Source of the DNA: an uncultured Vampirovibrio sp.
GTDB taxonomy: Bacteria > Cyanobacteriota > Vampirovibrionia > Gastranaerophilales > Gastranaerophilaceae
Direction: 5' to 3'
NCBI GenBank assembly: GCA_910584405.1
Contig: CAJUAL010000007.1
Coordinates: forward strand, 46,895 to 110,894
DNA: 64,000 bases
Shown: in pieces, positions 37,427 to 47,515 of the stretch
How the letters are laid out: the number at the start of each line of letters is the position of its first letter
Position numbering within the stretch: the first letter of the stretch is position 1
Notes under the pieces: generated by a model
The model's input: only the letters and a program-made list of their open reading frames with translations
What the model was told of the DNA's origin: nothing
Databases searched by the model: none
Translations under genes and position numbers: made by a program

Positions 37427-38368
37427 TTAGTTTTCTATATAGTCTTTAAGATGTGCAAATTTTTCGTTATGTCTTAATTTGCTTATTGCTCCCTCTTCTA
37501 TTTGCCTAATTCTTTCTTTTGAATACCCCATAATGTTTCCCAGCTGAGCAAGCGTTTTTGGAGTTGATGAATTGATTCCGAATCTATGTATTAAAACTTT
37601 TTGCTCCCGTTCTGTTAATCCTTCTAACATTTGTGGTATTCCGTTTTGTAATAAATCTTTTTTTGTTTGTTCCTCAGGTGAGTTGCATGATTTATCTTCT
37701 ATATAATCCCCCAAGCATAAATCTTCTGTTACAGAGGTTTCTAAACTTATCGGTTCAAGTAAAATTGATTGTTTTATTTTCTTTAGTTTTGGTATACTTA
37801 TATCTAAATACTCCGCTAACTCAGAATCTGTCGGTTCTCTATCAAGTTTTGTTGATAATGTTGTATATGATCGTTTATATTTTCTTATTTTATCAGCCAT
37901 ATGAACGGGGATTCGTATTGATTTTGAATTATTTGCAATAGCTCTTATTATAGCTTGTTTTATCCACCAGGTTGCATATGTTGAAAATTTGAAATTCTTT
38001 GAATAATCAAACTTTTCTGCCGCTCTGATAAGTCCTATTGAGCCTTCTTGGACTAAATCCATAAACAGTACACCTTGACCGACGTATTTTTTTGCAATAC
38101 TTACTACAAGTCTTAGGTTTGCTTGAATAAGTTTTCGCTTTGCCATGTCTGATTTTTTCTCTTTGATTTCTTTTCCGAGAGTTTTTTCTTCATCAGATTT
38201 TAGAAGTTTAATTTTACCTATTTCTTTTAAATATGTTTGTAAAATATCGTCTTCATGAGCTATCGCACTGAATGTTTTAATCTCACTATCCTCTGTAGTG
38301 TCAATTATTTCAGGGTAGAATTTTTCGCGTTCGAAATTCTCTAAAGTAACTCCCACAATTACCTCCAA
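37427..38368 (-). CDS. RNA polymerase sigma factor, RpoD/sigma-70 family (short, group-2-like)
   Basis: Regions 2-4 present: [29 protein letters not shown], and a C-terminal [23 protein letters not shown]. Confidence 0.85.
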   Translation of the reverse strand: MEVIVGVTLENFEREKFYPEIIDTTEDSEIKTFSAIAHEDDILQTYLKEIGKIKLLKSDEEKTLGKEIKEKKSDMAKRKLIQANLRLVVSIAKKYVGQGVLFMDLVQEGSIGLIRAAEKFDYSKNFKFSTYATWWIKQAIIRAIANNSKSIRIPVHMADKIRKYKRSYTTLSTKLDREPTDSELAEYLDISIPKLKKIKQSILLEPISLETSVTEDLCLGDYIEDKSCNSPEEQTKKDLLQNGIPQMLEGLTEREQKVLIHRFGINSSTPKTLAQLGNIMGYSKERIRQIEEGAISKLRHNEKFAHLKDYIEN

Positions 38369-38433
38369 CTACTATTTATAAATCCTTACATTTTTATAGA
38401 CGAAACTTTTAAAAAAAAGTTTCAACAAATCTC

Positions 38434-38462
38434 TTGACATTAAATTTTGTTCTTGGTAATAT
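38434..38462 (+). promoter_or_regulatory. Consensus sigma-70 promoter upstream of tRNA-Val
   Basis: TTGACA, a 17-nt spacer, then TAATAT. About 50 nt upstream of the tRNA. Confidence 0.6.
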
Positions 38463-38512
38463 AAATCTTGCGAAGAGCAATAACACAATAGCTGAAAATT
38501 AAATAGTAATAT

Positions 38513-38588
38513 GGGTGTTTAGCTCAGTTGGTAGAGCGTCTCCCTTACAAGGAGAGGGTCGGGGGTTCAAGTCCCTCAACACCCACCA
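38513..38588 (+). tRNA. tRNA-Val (anticodon UAC), CCA encoded
   Basis: GGGTGTTTAGCTCAGTTGGTAGAGCGTCTCCCTTACAAGGAGAGGGTCGGGGGTTCAAGTCCCTCAACACCCACCA. Cloverleaf with a CTTACAA anticodon loop. Confidence 0.9.
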
Positions 38589-38592
38589 TTAA

Positions 38593-38619
38593 AAGAAGTC
38601 TAAGACTTCTTTTTTTTTG
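38593..38619 (+). terminator. Terminator after tRNA-Val
   Basis: GAAGTCTaAGACTTC hairpin followed by T9. Confidence 0.65.
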
Positions 38620-38739
38620 TGTTTCGGGACTCCGTCCCAGACTGGCTTACTCGAAAATCTAATCTCAGTCGAGATTGATTTTCTACGTAATCTGCGCATA
38701 CATATCTCGTACGGCTCATTCTTCGCCTACGATTTAAGC

Positions 38740-38762
38740 ATCAACACCCACCATTTAAAAGA
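38740..38762 (+). repeat. 22-nt direct repeat of the tRNA-Val 3' end (TCAACACCCACCATTTAAAAGA)
   Basis: Matches 38575-38596 (TCAACACCCACCATTAAAAGA), which is the acceptor 3' strand, CCA and start of the terminator. The second copy is also followed by its own terminator hairpin. Confidence 0.6.
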
Positions 38763-38827
38763 GCCGGTTAAGGCTCTTTTTTAATGCTAAATATTTCAAA
38801 AAGAGGCTTGTTTCAGCCTCTTTTCTT

Positions 38828-39703
38828 TTAAACTATATTATCAACATTATCCATTCGCTTTTGAGTTTCATGTTTTAGGATTTTCTTTGTCATGTAAACC
38901 AGCAAGCTTATACCGAGTAATATTATAAATGCTATAGCAAACCCGCTGTATCTTACATATTGAAGCTTAATCTCTGTCGGCCCGTTTTCTTTAACCTTCC
39001 AAGTGTAAACATTTCCTTCAAATGCGCTGTCTGCATTATTGTATGAAGCAAAAGACGGAACTCTTATTGATATTTCCATTTCAGGTTTTTGAGGTTCCTG
39101 CGCAGTTTCATTATTAATTTCTTCTATTGCTTCGTTAGTAAATTGTTTTGTATCTTCATCTAAATTAGCTTCAATAGAATCTTCCCTGTCCTGAGGTGCT
39201 TCCATCTCGTCCATATCACCGTACTTTTGATAATATTCAGGTTGAAGCGTTTTGGATTCAGGAGTTTCTGATTTATCTTCAATTGGTGTGATTTTACTTA
39301 TATTATTTTTATAATCATAAGTTAAGTCGATATTGTATGATGAAATCAGGAAGTTTTTCTTTATTTCAATAAATCTTCCGCTTTCGAGATTTGAGCTGAA
39401 TCCGAGTGAAGACAAATCTAAATCTTGGTTAGAAAGATTTTTTACTTTTTTCGTAGCTTTTATGCCTGATTGTTCTTTATCAAATACTGTTTCGACTTTG
39501 TATCCGTCATCAAGAAAGTTTTCGTAATTTTTCATAATAGTTTGAGCCGTATTATCAGCGGCATCATTTAGCTTTCCTTTATAGGTAAGCTCAGTAACTA
39601 CTTGAGCGGATTTATTGTCGTTGATTGTTATTTCGGTATTAACATTTGCGCACCCAGCAAGTAACGGTGCTAAAATCATAAGTGTTAATAACATTTTTTT
39701 CAT
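38828..39703 (-). CDS. Lipoprotein with a C-terminal TM anchor, hypothetical
   Basis: MKKMLLTLMILAPLLAGC lipobox. Acidic E/D-rich middle. C-terminal TM FAIAFIILLGISLLVYM. Confidence 0.5.
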   Translation of the reverse strand: MKKMLLTLMILAPLLAGCANVNTEITINDNKSAQVVTELTYKGKLNDAADNTAQTIMKNYENFLDDGYKVETVFDKEQSGIKATKKVKNLSNQDLDLSSLGFSSNLESGRFIEIKKNFLISSYNIDLTYDYKNNISKITPIEDKSETPESKTLQPEYYQKYGDMDEMEAPQDREDSIEANLDEDTKQFTNEAIEEINNETAQEPQKPEMEISIRVPSFASYNNADSAFEGNVYTWKVKENGPTEIKLQYVRYSGFAIAFIILLGISLLVYMTKKILKHETQKRMDNVDNIV

Positions 39704-39788
39704 AACTAACTCTCCCTGTGTCGTAATATAAAATTATGATAACATAATTCTTCGTATATGTTAAATTATAAAGAATATTTAAGGTATA

Positions 39789-41147
39789 ATGCTTATTATG
39801 AAAATTAATGATGAATATGTACTAAAAATAGACAAGATGACAAATTCAGGGGCAGGACTTTCAAGAGTGAAAGATATGGTGGTGTTTGTTGAAAATACAT
39901 GCCCCGGGGATTTGGTAAAGGTTAAGATATCAAAAGTTAATAAATCATTTGCAACAGCAAATATTTTGGAAGTAGTTGAACCCTCAAAGTATAGGATTCA
40001 GCCGTTTTGCCCAATGCAAAAAGTTTGCGGAGCATGCCAGCTTCAGTATATAGATTATGACTATCAACTTAAGATAAAAAAAGAAATAACAGACGATGCA
40101 ATACGTAAAATCGGAGGTTTGGATATTGCGATTCATGAAACAATTCCAAGTCCTGAGGTAAAAAATTATCGCTGCAAGATTCAATATCCGATATCCAGAA
40201 CAAAAAATTCCGGAAGAATTTTAGCAGGTTATTACAAGCCAAAAAGTCATGAGATTGTTAATATTAAATATTGTCCGATCCAACCTGAAATTTGCGATAA
40301 AATAATCGAATTTATAAGAGAAAGAGCTTTTGATTATGGTATTTCGGGGTTTTTAGAGAAAAATCATACGGGTGAATTAAGGCATGTTGTCATAAGAAAT
40401 TCAAAGTATACAGGAAAAAATCTTGTTGTTTTAGTAGTAAATGCGACAAAAAGTTTTGACAGGTTAAATGATTTTGCAAAAGCAATATATGATGAATTTG
40501 AAGAAGTTTCGGGAGTTTGTGTTAATTTTAACTCTAAAAAAACTAATGTAATTCTGGGTGCTAAATCTGAATGTATTATAGGTTGTGATTATATAGAAGA
40601 AAAAATTACGGATAAAGTTTTTAGAATTGGCGCAAATACATTTTTCCAAGTTAATCCTAAAAGTGCTGAAAATATTTTTAAATACGTTAAAAATTATATT
40701 GCCGATAATTTTGAAAACCCGTTTGTGCTTGATGCTTATGCAGGAATAACATCTTTTGGAATAGTTGTATCTGATGTTTGTAAAAAAGTTGTCAGTGTTG
40801 AAGAAAATAAAGAATCTTGCGATTTAGCAAGGGTTGTTGTTAAAGAAAACAATGTTTCTAATGTCGAAATTCACAATATGGACGCAGGTAAATTTTTTGC
40901 AAAAGAAAAACGTAATTTTGATGTTGTAATCCTTGATCCTCCGCGTAAAGGCTGTAGTGAAGAGTCTTTGAATGAAGCATTGAGACTTTCAAAAAACACT
41001 ATCATCTATGTAAGCTGTAACCCTGCAACTTTAGCAAGAGATTTAAAATATTTAACGGCAAAAGGTGCAAAAGTTGAAAGTATTCAACCTTTTGACATGT
41101 TTTGTCACACATATCATGTTGAAAATGTTGCAATAATTAAGGTTTAG
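39789..41147 (+). CDS. rlmD: 23S rRNA (uracil-5-)-methyltransferase RlmD/RumA family
   Basis: N-terminal TRAM domain, an Fe-S Cys cluster (CPMQKVCGACQLQ), and a C-terminal SAM methyltransferase fold (VLDAYAGITSFG...VILDPPRKG). Confidence 0.85.
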   Translation: MLIMKINDEYVLKIDKMTNSGAGLSRVKDMVVFVENTCPGDLVKVKISKVNKSFATANILEVVEPSKYRIQPFCPMQKVCGACQLQYIDYDYQLKIKKEITDDAIRKIGGLDIAIHETIPSPEVKNYRCKIQYPISRTKNSGRILAGYYKPKSHEIVNIKYCPIQPEICDKIIEFIRERAFDYGISGFLEKNHTGELRHVVIRNSKYTGKNLVVLVVNATKSFDRLNDFAKAIYDEFEEVSGVCVNFNSKKTNVILGAKSECIIGCDYIEEKITDKVFRIGANTFFQVNPKSAENIFKYVKNYIADNFENPFVLDAYAGITSFGIVVSDVCKKVVSVEENKESCDLARVVVKENNVSNVEIHNMDAGKFFAKEKRNFDVVILDPPRKGCSEESLNEALRLSKNTIIYVSCNPATLARDLKYLTAKGAKVESIQPFDMFCHTYHVENVAIIKV

Positions 41148-42390
41148 TTTTATCTTCAGTCTTTTGAGGACCGTACTTCTCAATTGTTGCATTGATATTA
41201 TTTTGAACTTTTATGATTGTATCTATATCGTCCATTCTATGACGTTTTAGTTCTTCAATTTTATCTTTTCTTGCTTGGGCAATATCTGATGTGTATATTG
41301 TTTTGTCTTCACGCTCTTGATATAAAGAAGATGCTTTTATTTGTTCAATAAGTTGTTCATCACAATCATTAAATTTAACTTTTTCTATTTCGTTTTTATA
41401 GTGTAAAGGTATTTTATATCTTATACCTTCAGCTAAGCCTCTTAAGGACAAACAATTACTTTGTGATAATTCTACAGGCTGCCTGAACGGATCATTTAAG
41501 TAATCTGCATTTTTCGCGTTGGTAAATAGCGGTATTGAAATATTTGAACATAAAATATTTGAAATAATTTTTATATTATTTTTTACCCTGTGAGCAGGAC
41601 TATGTTGTTCAGGGTCTTCAACTTTTGCAATATGTAAGCTGTCTTTTAATTCACGTCTGATATTGTATGAATACTTAGATTCTGCAATCTTAGCATTAGC
41701 AGTTTCTTTACCGAAAAGAATTATAACTTCCATTGGTGGAGCTTTCTTTTTAGTTTTGTCTTTTAATCTGAATTGAATATCTTCATAACCTGTTGGTAGA
41801 GGGTCACTTACATATTTGCGAAGTTCAGGTCTTAAGCCTTGAAGTTCTGTTTCTGTTACATCAGCAAGTCTTATATCAAAATCAGGTTTTCTGGTTCCCG
41901 GAACTTTAGCAATTTCATAGCCTCTATCATCCAGTTCTTTGATTATGTCATCAATTAATTTAAAGTCATGAGGATTTTTAACATATAAGGTAGAACGAAC
42001 TCTGTCTAACGGTTTAGCCCCGCTTCTGATAAGTTTTGAAACAAATGAATTTGTACTTTTTACAGGAGCATGTTCGCAGTAATCTCTGTCAAATTCTACT
42101 CCGCGATCGTTGAATTTCATTGCAATTGACTCAAGGATATCCATCAACCTATTACTATAGATTGTATATTCTGGAATCTTTTTTTCATAATTATCTTCAA
42201 CAAAATCAAGTATTTTTGTTCTTGCGGGTATATTTTCATGTTTTAAATCTTTGTTTTTAGCTGTAAATGATACTGTATCAGCCTTTAATTCAGAATGAAT
42301 TAAAGGCATAACACCAGTGTTATGCGAAATTTGAGATTTTGCGTATTGATTGTTTGCAAATAATCTTGAAGTTAAAAGTTGTATATTCAT
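41137..42390 (-). CDS. Hypothetical protein (417 aa)
   Basis: The start was set at MNIQLL, preceded by AAGGTAGGA. There is a weak, unverified resemblance to nucleotidyltransferase/RelA-SpoT-like motif order (PVKSTNSFVSKLIRSG ... DRVRSTLYV ... RGYEIAKV ... PDFDIRLADV). 11-nt convergent overlap with rlmD. Confidence 0.45.
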   Translation of the reverse strand: MNIQLLTSRLFANNQYAKSQISHNTGVMPLIHSELKADTVSFTAKNKDLKHENIPARTKILDFVEDNYEKKIPEYTIYSNRLMDILESIAMKFNDRGVEFDRDYCEHAPVKSTNSFVSKLIRSGAKPLDRVRSTLYVKNPHDFKLIDDIIKELDDRGYEIAKVPGTRKPDFDIRLADVTETELQGLRPELRKYVSDPLPTGYEDIQFRLKDKTKKKAPPMEVIILFGKETANAKIAESKYSYNIRRELKDSLHIAKVEDPEQHSPAHRVKNNIKIISNILCSNISIPLFTNAKNADYLNDPFRQPVELSQSNCLSLRGLAEGIRYKIPLHYKNEIEKVKFNDCDEQLIEQIKASSLYQEREDKTIYTSDIAQARKDKIEELKRHRMDDIDTIIKVQNNINATIEKYGPQKTEDKTKP

Positions 42391-42557
42391 TAAAATTTTC
42401 CTACCTTCTTCACAATGAAAACATATAAAGAAAATTTTTTTACATATTTGTAACATAAATTTACAACTTTAAAATTTGGTCAAAATATATGTTTGTATTA
42501 TCATGTAGGGGTACAGTTGTAATTAAGTTATAGTAAAAATAAGGAGGGTAAATAATT

Positions 42558-45500
42558 ATGCCGGGAAAAACAATTACAGTTGACGGTAATTATGCTGCCG
42601 CTCATATAGCGTATGCTATGAGCGAAGTTTCAGCAATCTACCCAATCACTCCTTCATCTACTATGGGTGAATGGATCGATGAATGGGCTTCACAACACAA
42701 GAAAAACATTTGGGGCAAAGAAGTAAGAGTTGCAGAAATGCAATCAGAAGCAGGTGCAGCAGGTGCTGTTCACGGGGCTTTGGCTGCAGGTTCTTTAACT
42801 TCTACTTATACTGCTTCTCAAGGTTTATTACTTATGATTCCTGTAATGCACAAAGTTGCTGGTGAAATGCTTCCTACGGTATTCCACGTTGCTGCTCGTG
42901 CTTTAGCTGCTCAATCATTAGCAATCTTTGGTGACCATACTGACGTTATGGGCTGCCGTAACACAGGTTTTGCAATGTTAGCAGCTAACTCAGTTCAAGA
43001 AGAAATGGATTTGGCTTTAGTTGCTCACTTAGCTACTTATAAAGCTAAAGTTCCGTTCTTGCAATTCTTCGACGGATTCAGAACATCTCATGAAGTTCAC
43101 AAAATTGAAGAAATCTCTTACGAAGATATTAAATCATTAGTTGAACCTAAATATATTGAAGAATTCAGACAAAGAGCTTTAAGACCTGAAGCTCCTAAAT
43201 GTAAAGTCGGTGCTCAAAATACCGATGTTTACTTCCAAGGTCGTGAAACTGTTAACAAATACTATGAAGCAGTTCCTGATATCGTTCAAGAATATATGGA
43301 TAAAGTTGCTAAGTTAACAGGAAGACAATATCATCCGTTTGATTACGTTGGTGCTCCTGATGCTACTGACGTTATCGTAGCTATCGGTTCAGGTTGTGAA
43401 ACTATCGAAGAAACAATCGAATACTTGAACTCAACTCGCGGTACTAAATACGGTTTGGTTAAAGTAAGATTATACAGACCGTTTGACGTTAAACGTTTCA
43501 ATGAAGCTCTTCCTGAAACAGTTAAACGTATTACAGTTCTTGACAGAACTAAAGAACCTGGTTCAATCGGTGAACCTTTATACTTAGATGTTGTAGCTGC
43601 TATTGCAAACAAAGATATCAGAGTTATCGGCGGTCGTTACGGTTTATCTTCTAAAGAATTTACTCCGTCAATGGTTCTTGCAGTTTACAAACATGCTGAA
43701 AATAACGGATTCCACGGATTTACTGTTGGTATCGAAGATGACGTAACTAATTTGTCATTAAAAGTTGATGAACACATTGTTACTGAACCTGCAGGTACTA
43801 CAAATTGTATGTTCTGGGGATTGGGTTCAGACGGTACTGTTGGTGCTAACAAAAACTCAATTAAAATTATCGGTCAATATACAGATAAAGATGCTCAAGC
43901 ATACTTTGCTTATGACTCTAAAAAATCTTTCGGTGTAACCGTTTCTCACTTAAGATTCGGTGACAGCCCGATTAAATCAACATATTTAATTACGGCACCT
44001 GATTTTGTATCTTGCTCTGCTCATTCTTATATCGGCAGATATGACCTGTTAAAAGGTATTAAAGAAGGCGGAACATTCTTACTAAACAGCCCATACTCTA
44101 AAGATGAAGCTTTTGCTCATTTAACAAGAGATTTACAAAAAACTATCATTGATAAGAAAATCAAATTCTACAACGTAGATGCTGAAAAACTTATCAAAGA
44201 ACAACCGGGCTTAAGAGGTAAAGGTGCTAACACTGTAATGATGGTAGCTTACTTCAAAGTTTCAGGCATTATTCCGTTTGAACAAGCTCTTGAAGGTATG
44301 AAAGCTATGACAACAAAAACCTTCAAGAAAAAAGGTGACGATGTTGTTAACATGAACTTAGCTTTAATCGATGCTGCTGTTAACGCAACTGAAGAAGTTG
44401 TTGTTCCTTCAACATTAGACGGTGTAGGTTGTGTTGATGATGTTCAATTATTACCTGAAAATGCTTCAGAATTTGCTAAGAAAATCATTGAACCTTCAAT
44501 GAGATTAAAAGGTGATGATATCCCGGTTTCTGCTATGAGCGTTGACGGTGTAATCCCTACAGGTACAGCTTGTCTTGAAAAACGTGGTATCGCTCCTCGT
44601 GTACCTCATTGGAACAGCGAATTCTGTATTCAATGCGGAATCTGTGCTTCAGCTTGTCCGCACGCTGCAATCAGAACTAAATTAATTGAAGATAAAGACT
44701 TGAAAGATGCTCCTGAATCATTCAATGCAATCCCTGCAAAACCTGCTTTAGCTGATGAAAAATTCAAAGTTCAGGTTTACTGTGAAGATTGTACTGGATG
44801 CGGTGTTTGTATCGACCAATGTCCTATGTCTAAAAACCCTGAAAAAGCAGCTTTAACTTGGTCTACAATCGAAAAAGAAGTTGAAGATTGTGAACTTGTT
44901 AATGAAAAATTCTTCGATGAATTGCCTGACAACTTTATGGGTAGAAACACAACTAAAACAATTAAAGGCGCTATGCTTAGAAAACCATTATTTGAGTTCT
45001 CAGGAGCTTGTGCAGGTTGTGGTGAAACACCTTATGTTAAGTTAGTTTCTCAATTGTTCGGTGAAAACGCAATTGTAGCTAACGCAACAGGTTGTTCTTC
45101 AATCTACTCAGGTACATTCCCTACTATTCCTTATACAACTAATAAGGATGGAAGAGGTCCGGCTTGGGCTAACTCATTATTTGAAGATAATGCTGAATTT
45201 GGTTACGGTATGAGATTAGCTGTTAACCAAAACAGAGATACTTTAAAATCTTATGTTGAAAAAGTTCTTGAATGTGACAAAACACCTGCTGATTTGAAAG
45301 AAGCATTAGAAGGTGCTATGGCTCATTTTGATAACTCAAAAACAGAAGAAGCAGTTGCAGCTCAAGATAAAGCAAAAGAAGTTCTTGCAAAATACGCTGA
45401 TGTTGATTGTGAAGACTTAGCAAAAGTAAGAGAACTTCAAGACTACTTCACTGATAAATCAATCTGGATTATCGGTGGTGACGGTTGGGCAAACGATATC

Positions 45501-46091
45501 GGATACGGCGGTATTGACCACGTATTGGCTCAAAACCAAAACGTTAATATCCTTGTTCTTGATACCGAAGTTTACTCAAATACAGGTGGTCAAGCTTCTA
45601 AATCAACACCTACAGGTGCTGTTGCGAAGTTTGCTACAGGCGGTAAACAAACTTACAAAAAGAACATGGGCTTAATGAGTATGTCTTACGGTTATGTTTA
45701 CGTTGCATCAGTTGCGTTAGGTGCAGATAGAGCTCAAACTCTAAAAGCATTCCAAGAAGCTGAAGCTTATAACGGACCGTCAATCATCTTCGCTTATGCT
45801 CCATGTATTGCTCACGGTATCGATATGAGTAAAACTCAAACCGAACAAAAACGTGCAGTTGAAGCAGGATACTTCCCATTATACAGATACAATCCTGCAA
45901 ATGAACAACCGTTCACTTGGGATGCTAAAGACCCTAAAGAAAGCTACCAAGACTTCATCAGAAGCGAAGGTCGTTATAAGTCATTACTTAAAACAAACCC
46001 TGAAGCTGCTGAAGAACTTTATAAACAAGCAGAAGAAGATGCTGCTAAACGTATGAATGTTTATAAAGCGGTTGGCGAATTAATGAAATAA
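42558..46091 (+). CDS. nifJ: Pyruvate:ferredoxin (flavodoxin) oxidoreductase, single-polypeptide NifJ/PorA type
   Basis: 1177 aa. MPGKTITVDGNYAAAHIAYAMSEVSAIYPITPSS N-terminus, two ferredoxin-like CxxCxxCxxxCP motifs mid-protein, and a C-terminal TPP domain GGDGW. Confidence 0.95.
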   Translation: MPGKTITVDGNYAAAHIAYAMSEVSAIYPITPSSTMGEWIDEWASQHKKNIWGKEVRVAEMQSEAGAAGAVHGALAAGSLTSTYTASQGLLLMIPVMHKVAGEMLPTVFHVAARALAAQSLAIFGDHTDVMGCRNTGFAMLAANSVQEEMDLALVAHLATYKAKVPFLQFFDGFRTSHEVHKIEEISYEDIKSLVEPKYIEEFRQRALRPEAPKCKVGAQNTDVYFQGRETVNKYYEAVPDIVQEYMDKVAKLTGRQYHPFDYVGAPDATDVIVAIGSGCETIEETIEYLNSTRGTKYGLVKVRLYRPFDVKRFNEALPETVKRITVLDRTKEPGSIGEPLYLDVVAAIANKDIRVIGGRYGLSSKEFTPSMVLAVYKHAENNGFHGFTVGIEDDVTNLSLKVDEHIVTEPAGTTNCMFWGLGSDGTVGANKNSIKIIGQYTDKDAQAYFAYDSKKSFGVTVSHLRFGDSPIKSTYLITAPDFVSCSAHSYIGRYDLLKGIKEGGTFLLNSPYSKDEAFAHLTRDLQKTIIDKKIKFYNVDAEKLIKEQPGLRGKGANTVMMVAYFKVSGIIPFEQALEGMKAMTTKTFKKKGDDVVNMNLALIDAAVNATEEVVVPSTLDGVGCVDDVQLLPENASEFAKKIIEPSMRLKGDDIPVSAMSVDGVIPTGTACLEKRGIAPRVPHWNSEFCIQCGICASACPHAAIRTKLIEDKDLKDAPESFNAIPAKPALADEKFKVQVYCEDCTGCGVCIDQCPMSKNPEKAALTWSTIEKEVEDCELVNEKFFDELPDNFMGRNTTKTIKGAMLRKPLFEFSGACAGCGETPYVKLVSQLFGENAIVANATGCSSIYSGTFPTIPYTTNKDGRGPAWANSLFEDNAEFGYGMRLAVNQNRDTLKSYVEKVLECDKTPADLKEALEGAMAHFDNSKTEEAVAAQDKAKEVLAKYADVDCEDLAKVRELQDYFTDKSIWIIGGDGWANDIGYGGIDHVLAQNQNVNILVLDTEVYSNTGGQASKSTPTGAVAKFATGGKQTYKKNMGLMSMSYGYVYVASVALGADRAQTLKAFQEAEAYNGPSIIFAYAPCIAHGIDMSKTQTEQKRAVEAGYFPLYRYNPANEQPFTWDAKDPKESYQDFIRSEGRYKSLLKTNPEAAEELYKQAEEDAAKRMNVYKAVGELMK

Positions 46092-46139
46092 TGATTAGTT
46101 CATTATAAAAGAAAAGAGTGGGAGAAATCCCGCTCTTTT

Positions 46140-46168
46140 TTGCTTTTAAATTGAAAATAGTGTATAAT
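46140..46168 (+). promoter_or_regulatory. Sigma-70-like promoter for the alpha/beta hydrolase gene
   Basis: TTGCTT, a 17-nt spacer, then TATAAT. Downstream of the PFOR terminator hairpin (AGAGTGGGAgaaaTCCCGCTCT plus T-tract, about 46117-46141). Confidence 0.55.
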
Positions 46169-46191
46169 AAAAATGTTATTTGCAGGAGTTT

Positions 46192-46914
46192 ATGGTTAAT
46201 TTTTCATACAATTTAATAACAAAAGACAGAATTAAGATTGCGCTTAATCATTATAGTAATAACCATGATGAAGTTGTAATAATTATGCCCGGCTGGTGCA
46301 TGACAAAAGATTCTGAAGCATTTGTCAGAATTTCGGAATTTTTTGCAAAATATTATGATGTAATTTGCATGGATTTTAGAGGTCATGGAAAAAGCGGCGG
46401 AATGTATACTTTTACATCGCTTGAACTAATGGACGTTGACGCGGTTGTCAGATATGCAAGAAAAAAGAATTATAAAAAGATTTATCTTGCAGGTTTTTCG
46501 CTTGGCGGAGCAATGGCTGTAATTTACGGTTCAAAAAGTATATTTATTGATAAAATTATTGCAGTATCTGCTCCTGCGGATTTTGATAAGATTGAAAACA
46601 AAATGTGGAAAAAAGAAGCATGGGGTGAAACTTTCAGAAAATTTGAAATCGACAGATTTATTTCTATAAGACCTTATCCTGTGATTTTAAAGAAAATCAA
46701 ACCTATTGATGTTATTGAGAGGATTAAAGCTCCAACACTATTTATTGCAGGAGAAAATGACCCAACGGTTTATTCTTGGCACACAAAAGCTTTATATGAT
46801 AAGGCAAATTGTTCTAAGCAATATAAAGAATACAAAGACGGCTGTCATGCGGAGGATTTATTTTTACATTTTGAAGATGATTTTTCAAAACTTTGTCTGG
46901 ATTGGTTAAACTGA
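46192..46914 (+). CDS. Alpha/beta hydrolase fold protein
   Basis: GFSLGG nucleophile elbow and HGKSGG. The start was set at the ATG preceded by GCAGGAG. The track start appears to use a TTG inside the RBS. Confidence 0.7.
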   Translation: MVNFSYNLITKDRIKIALNHYSNNHDEVVIIMPGWCMTKDSEAFVRISEFFAKYYDVICMDFRGHGKSGGMYTFTSLELMDVDAVVRYARKKNYKKIYLAGFSLGGAMAVIYGSKSIFIDKIIAVSAPADFDKIENKMWKKEAWGETFRKFEIDRFISIRPYPVILKKIKPIDVIERIKAPTLFIAGENDPTVYSWHTKALYDKANCSKQYKEYKDGCHAEDLFLHFEDDFSKLCLDWLN

Positions 46915-46922
46915 ATTTATCC

Positions 46923-47513
46923 TTAGTTCATCTGGTCATAAACTCTGCGGACTTCTTTTATATCCTGCCACATTTGCCATTTAGGCGAACCCGGTTCTCT
47001 GCTGTCATTTCTTAACAGATAAGACGGGTGAAATATTGGCATCATTTTTGAATAATGCGGACCTTCAAACCATTTCCCGCGAAGTTTTGTAATACCGAGT
47101 TTTGTATCTATAAAAGAATTAACTGCAACTCTACCGCATAACAAAATAATTCTTGGTTTTAAAATATCAACCTGAGCATTTAAATACTCCCAGCATGCTG
47201 CTTTTTCATCAGGAAGCGGGTCGCGATTTTCAGGAGGTCTGCATTTTAAAGTATTGCAAATATAAATATCTTTCTCTCTTGAAAAGCCTACACAGCCTAA
47301 TATTTTGTCTAACAGTTGTCCTGCTTTTCCAACAAAAGGTTCACCTTTTTGATCTTCATAATACCCCGGAGCTTCTCCTATGAGCATAAGTTTAGAATTT
47401 GGCACTCCACCTGAAAAAACTATATTTGTTCTGGATTTACAAAGATTACATTTTTCACAAGTTAAGCATTTATTCTTAATTTCCGCTAATTGAGCATCAA
47501 ATTCTGTTGCCAA
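46923..47513 (-). CDS. Uracil-DNA glycosylase family 4 (Fe-S)
   Basis: CxxCxLC Cys motif, GEAPG motif, FVGKAGQLL. Confidence 0.85.
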   Translation of the reverse strand: MATEFDAQLAEIKNKCLTCEKCNLCKSRTNIVFSGGVPNSKLMLIGEAPGYYEDQKGEPFVGKAGQLLDKILGCVGFSREKDIYICNTLKCRPPENRDPLPDEKAACWEYLNAQVDILKPRIILLCGRVAVNSFIDTKLGITKLRGKWFEGPHYSKMMPIFHPSYLLRNDSREPGSPKWQMWQDIKEVRRVYDQMN

Positions 47514-47515
47514 GT

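Noticed and set aside
38621-38739. A second tRNA or tRNA pseudogene between the two copies of the tRNA-Val 3' end
   Set aside because: The spacer has no T-arm (GTTCRANYC) or D-arm equivalent before the duplicated acceptor strand. Only the last 22 nt are shared.
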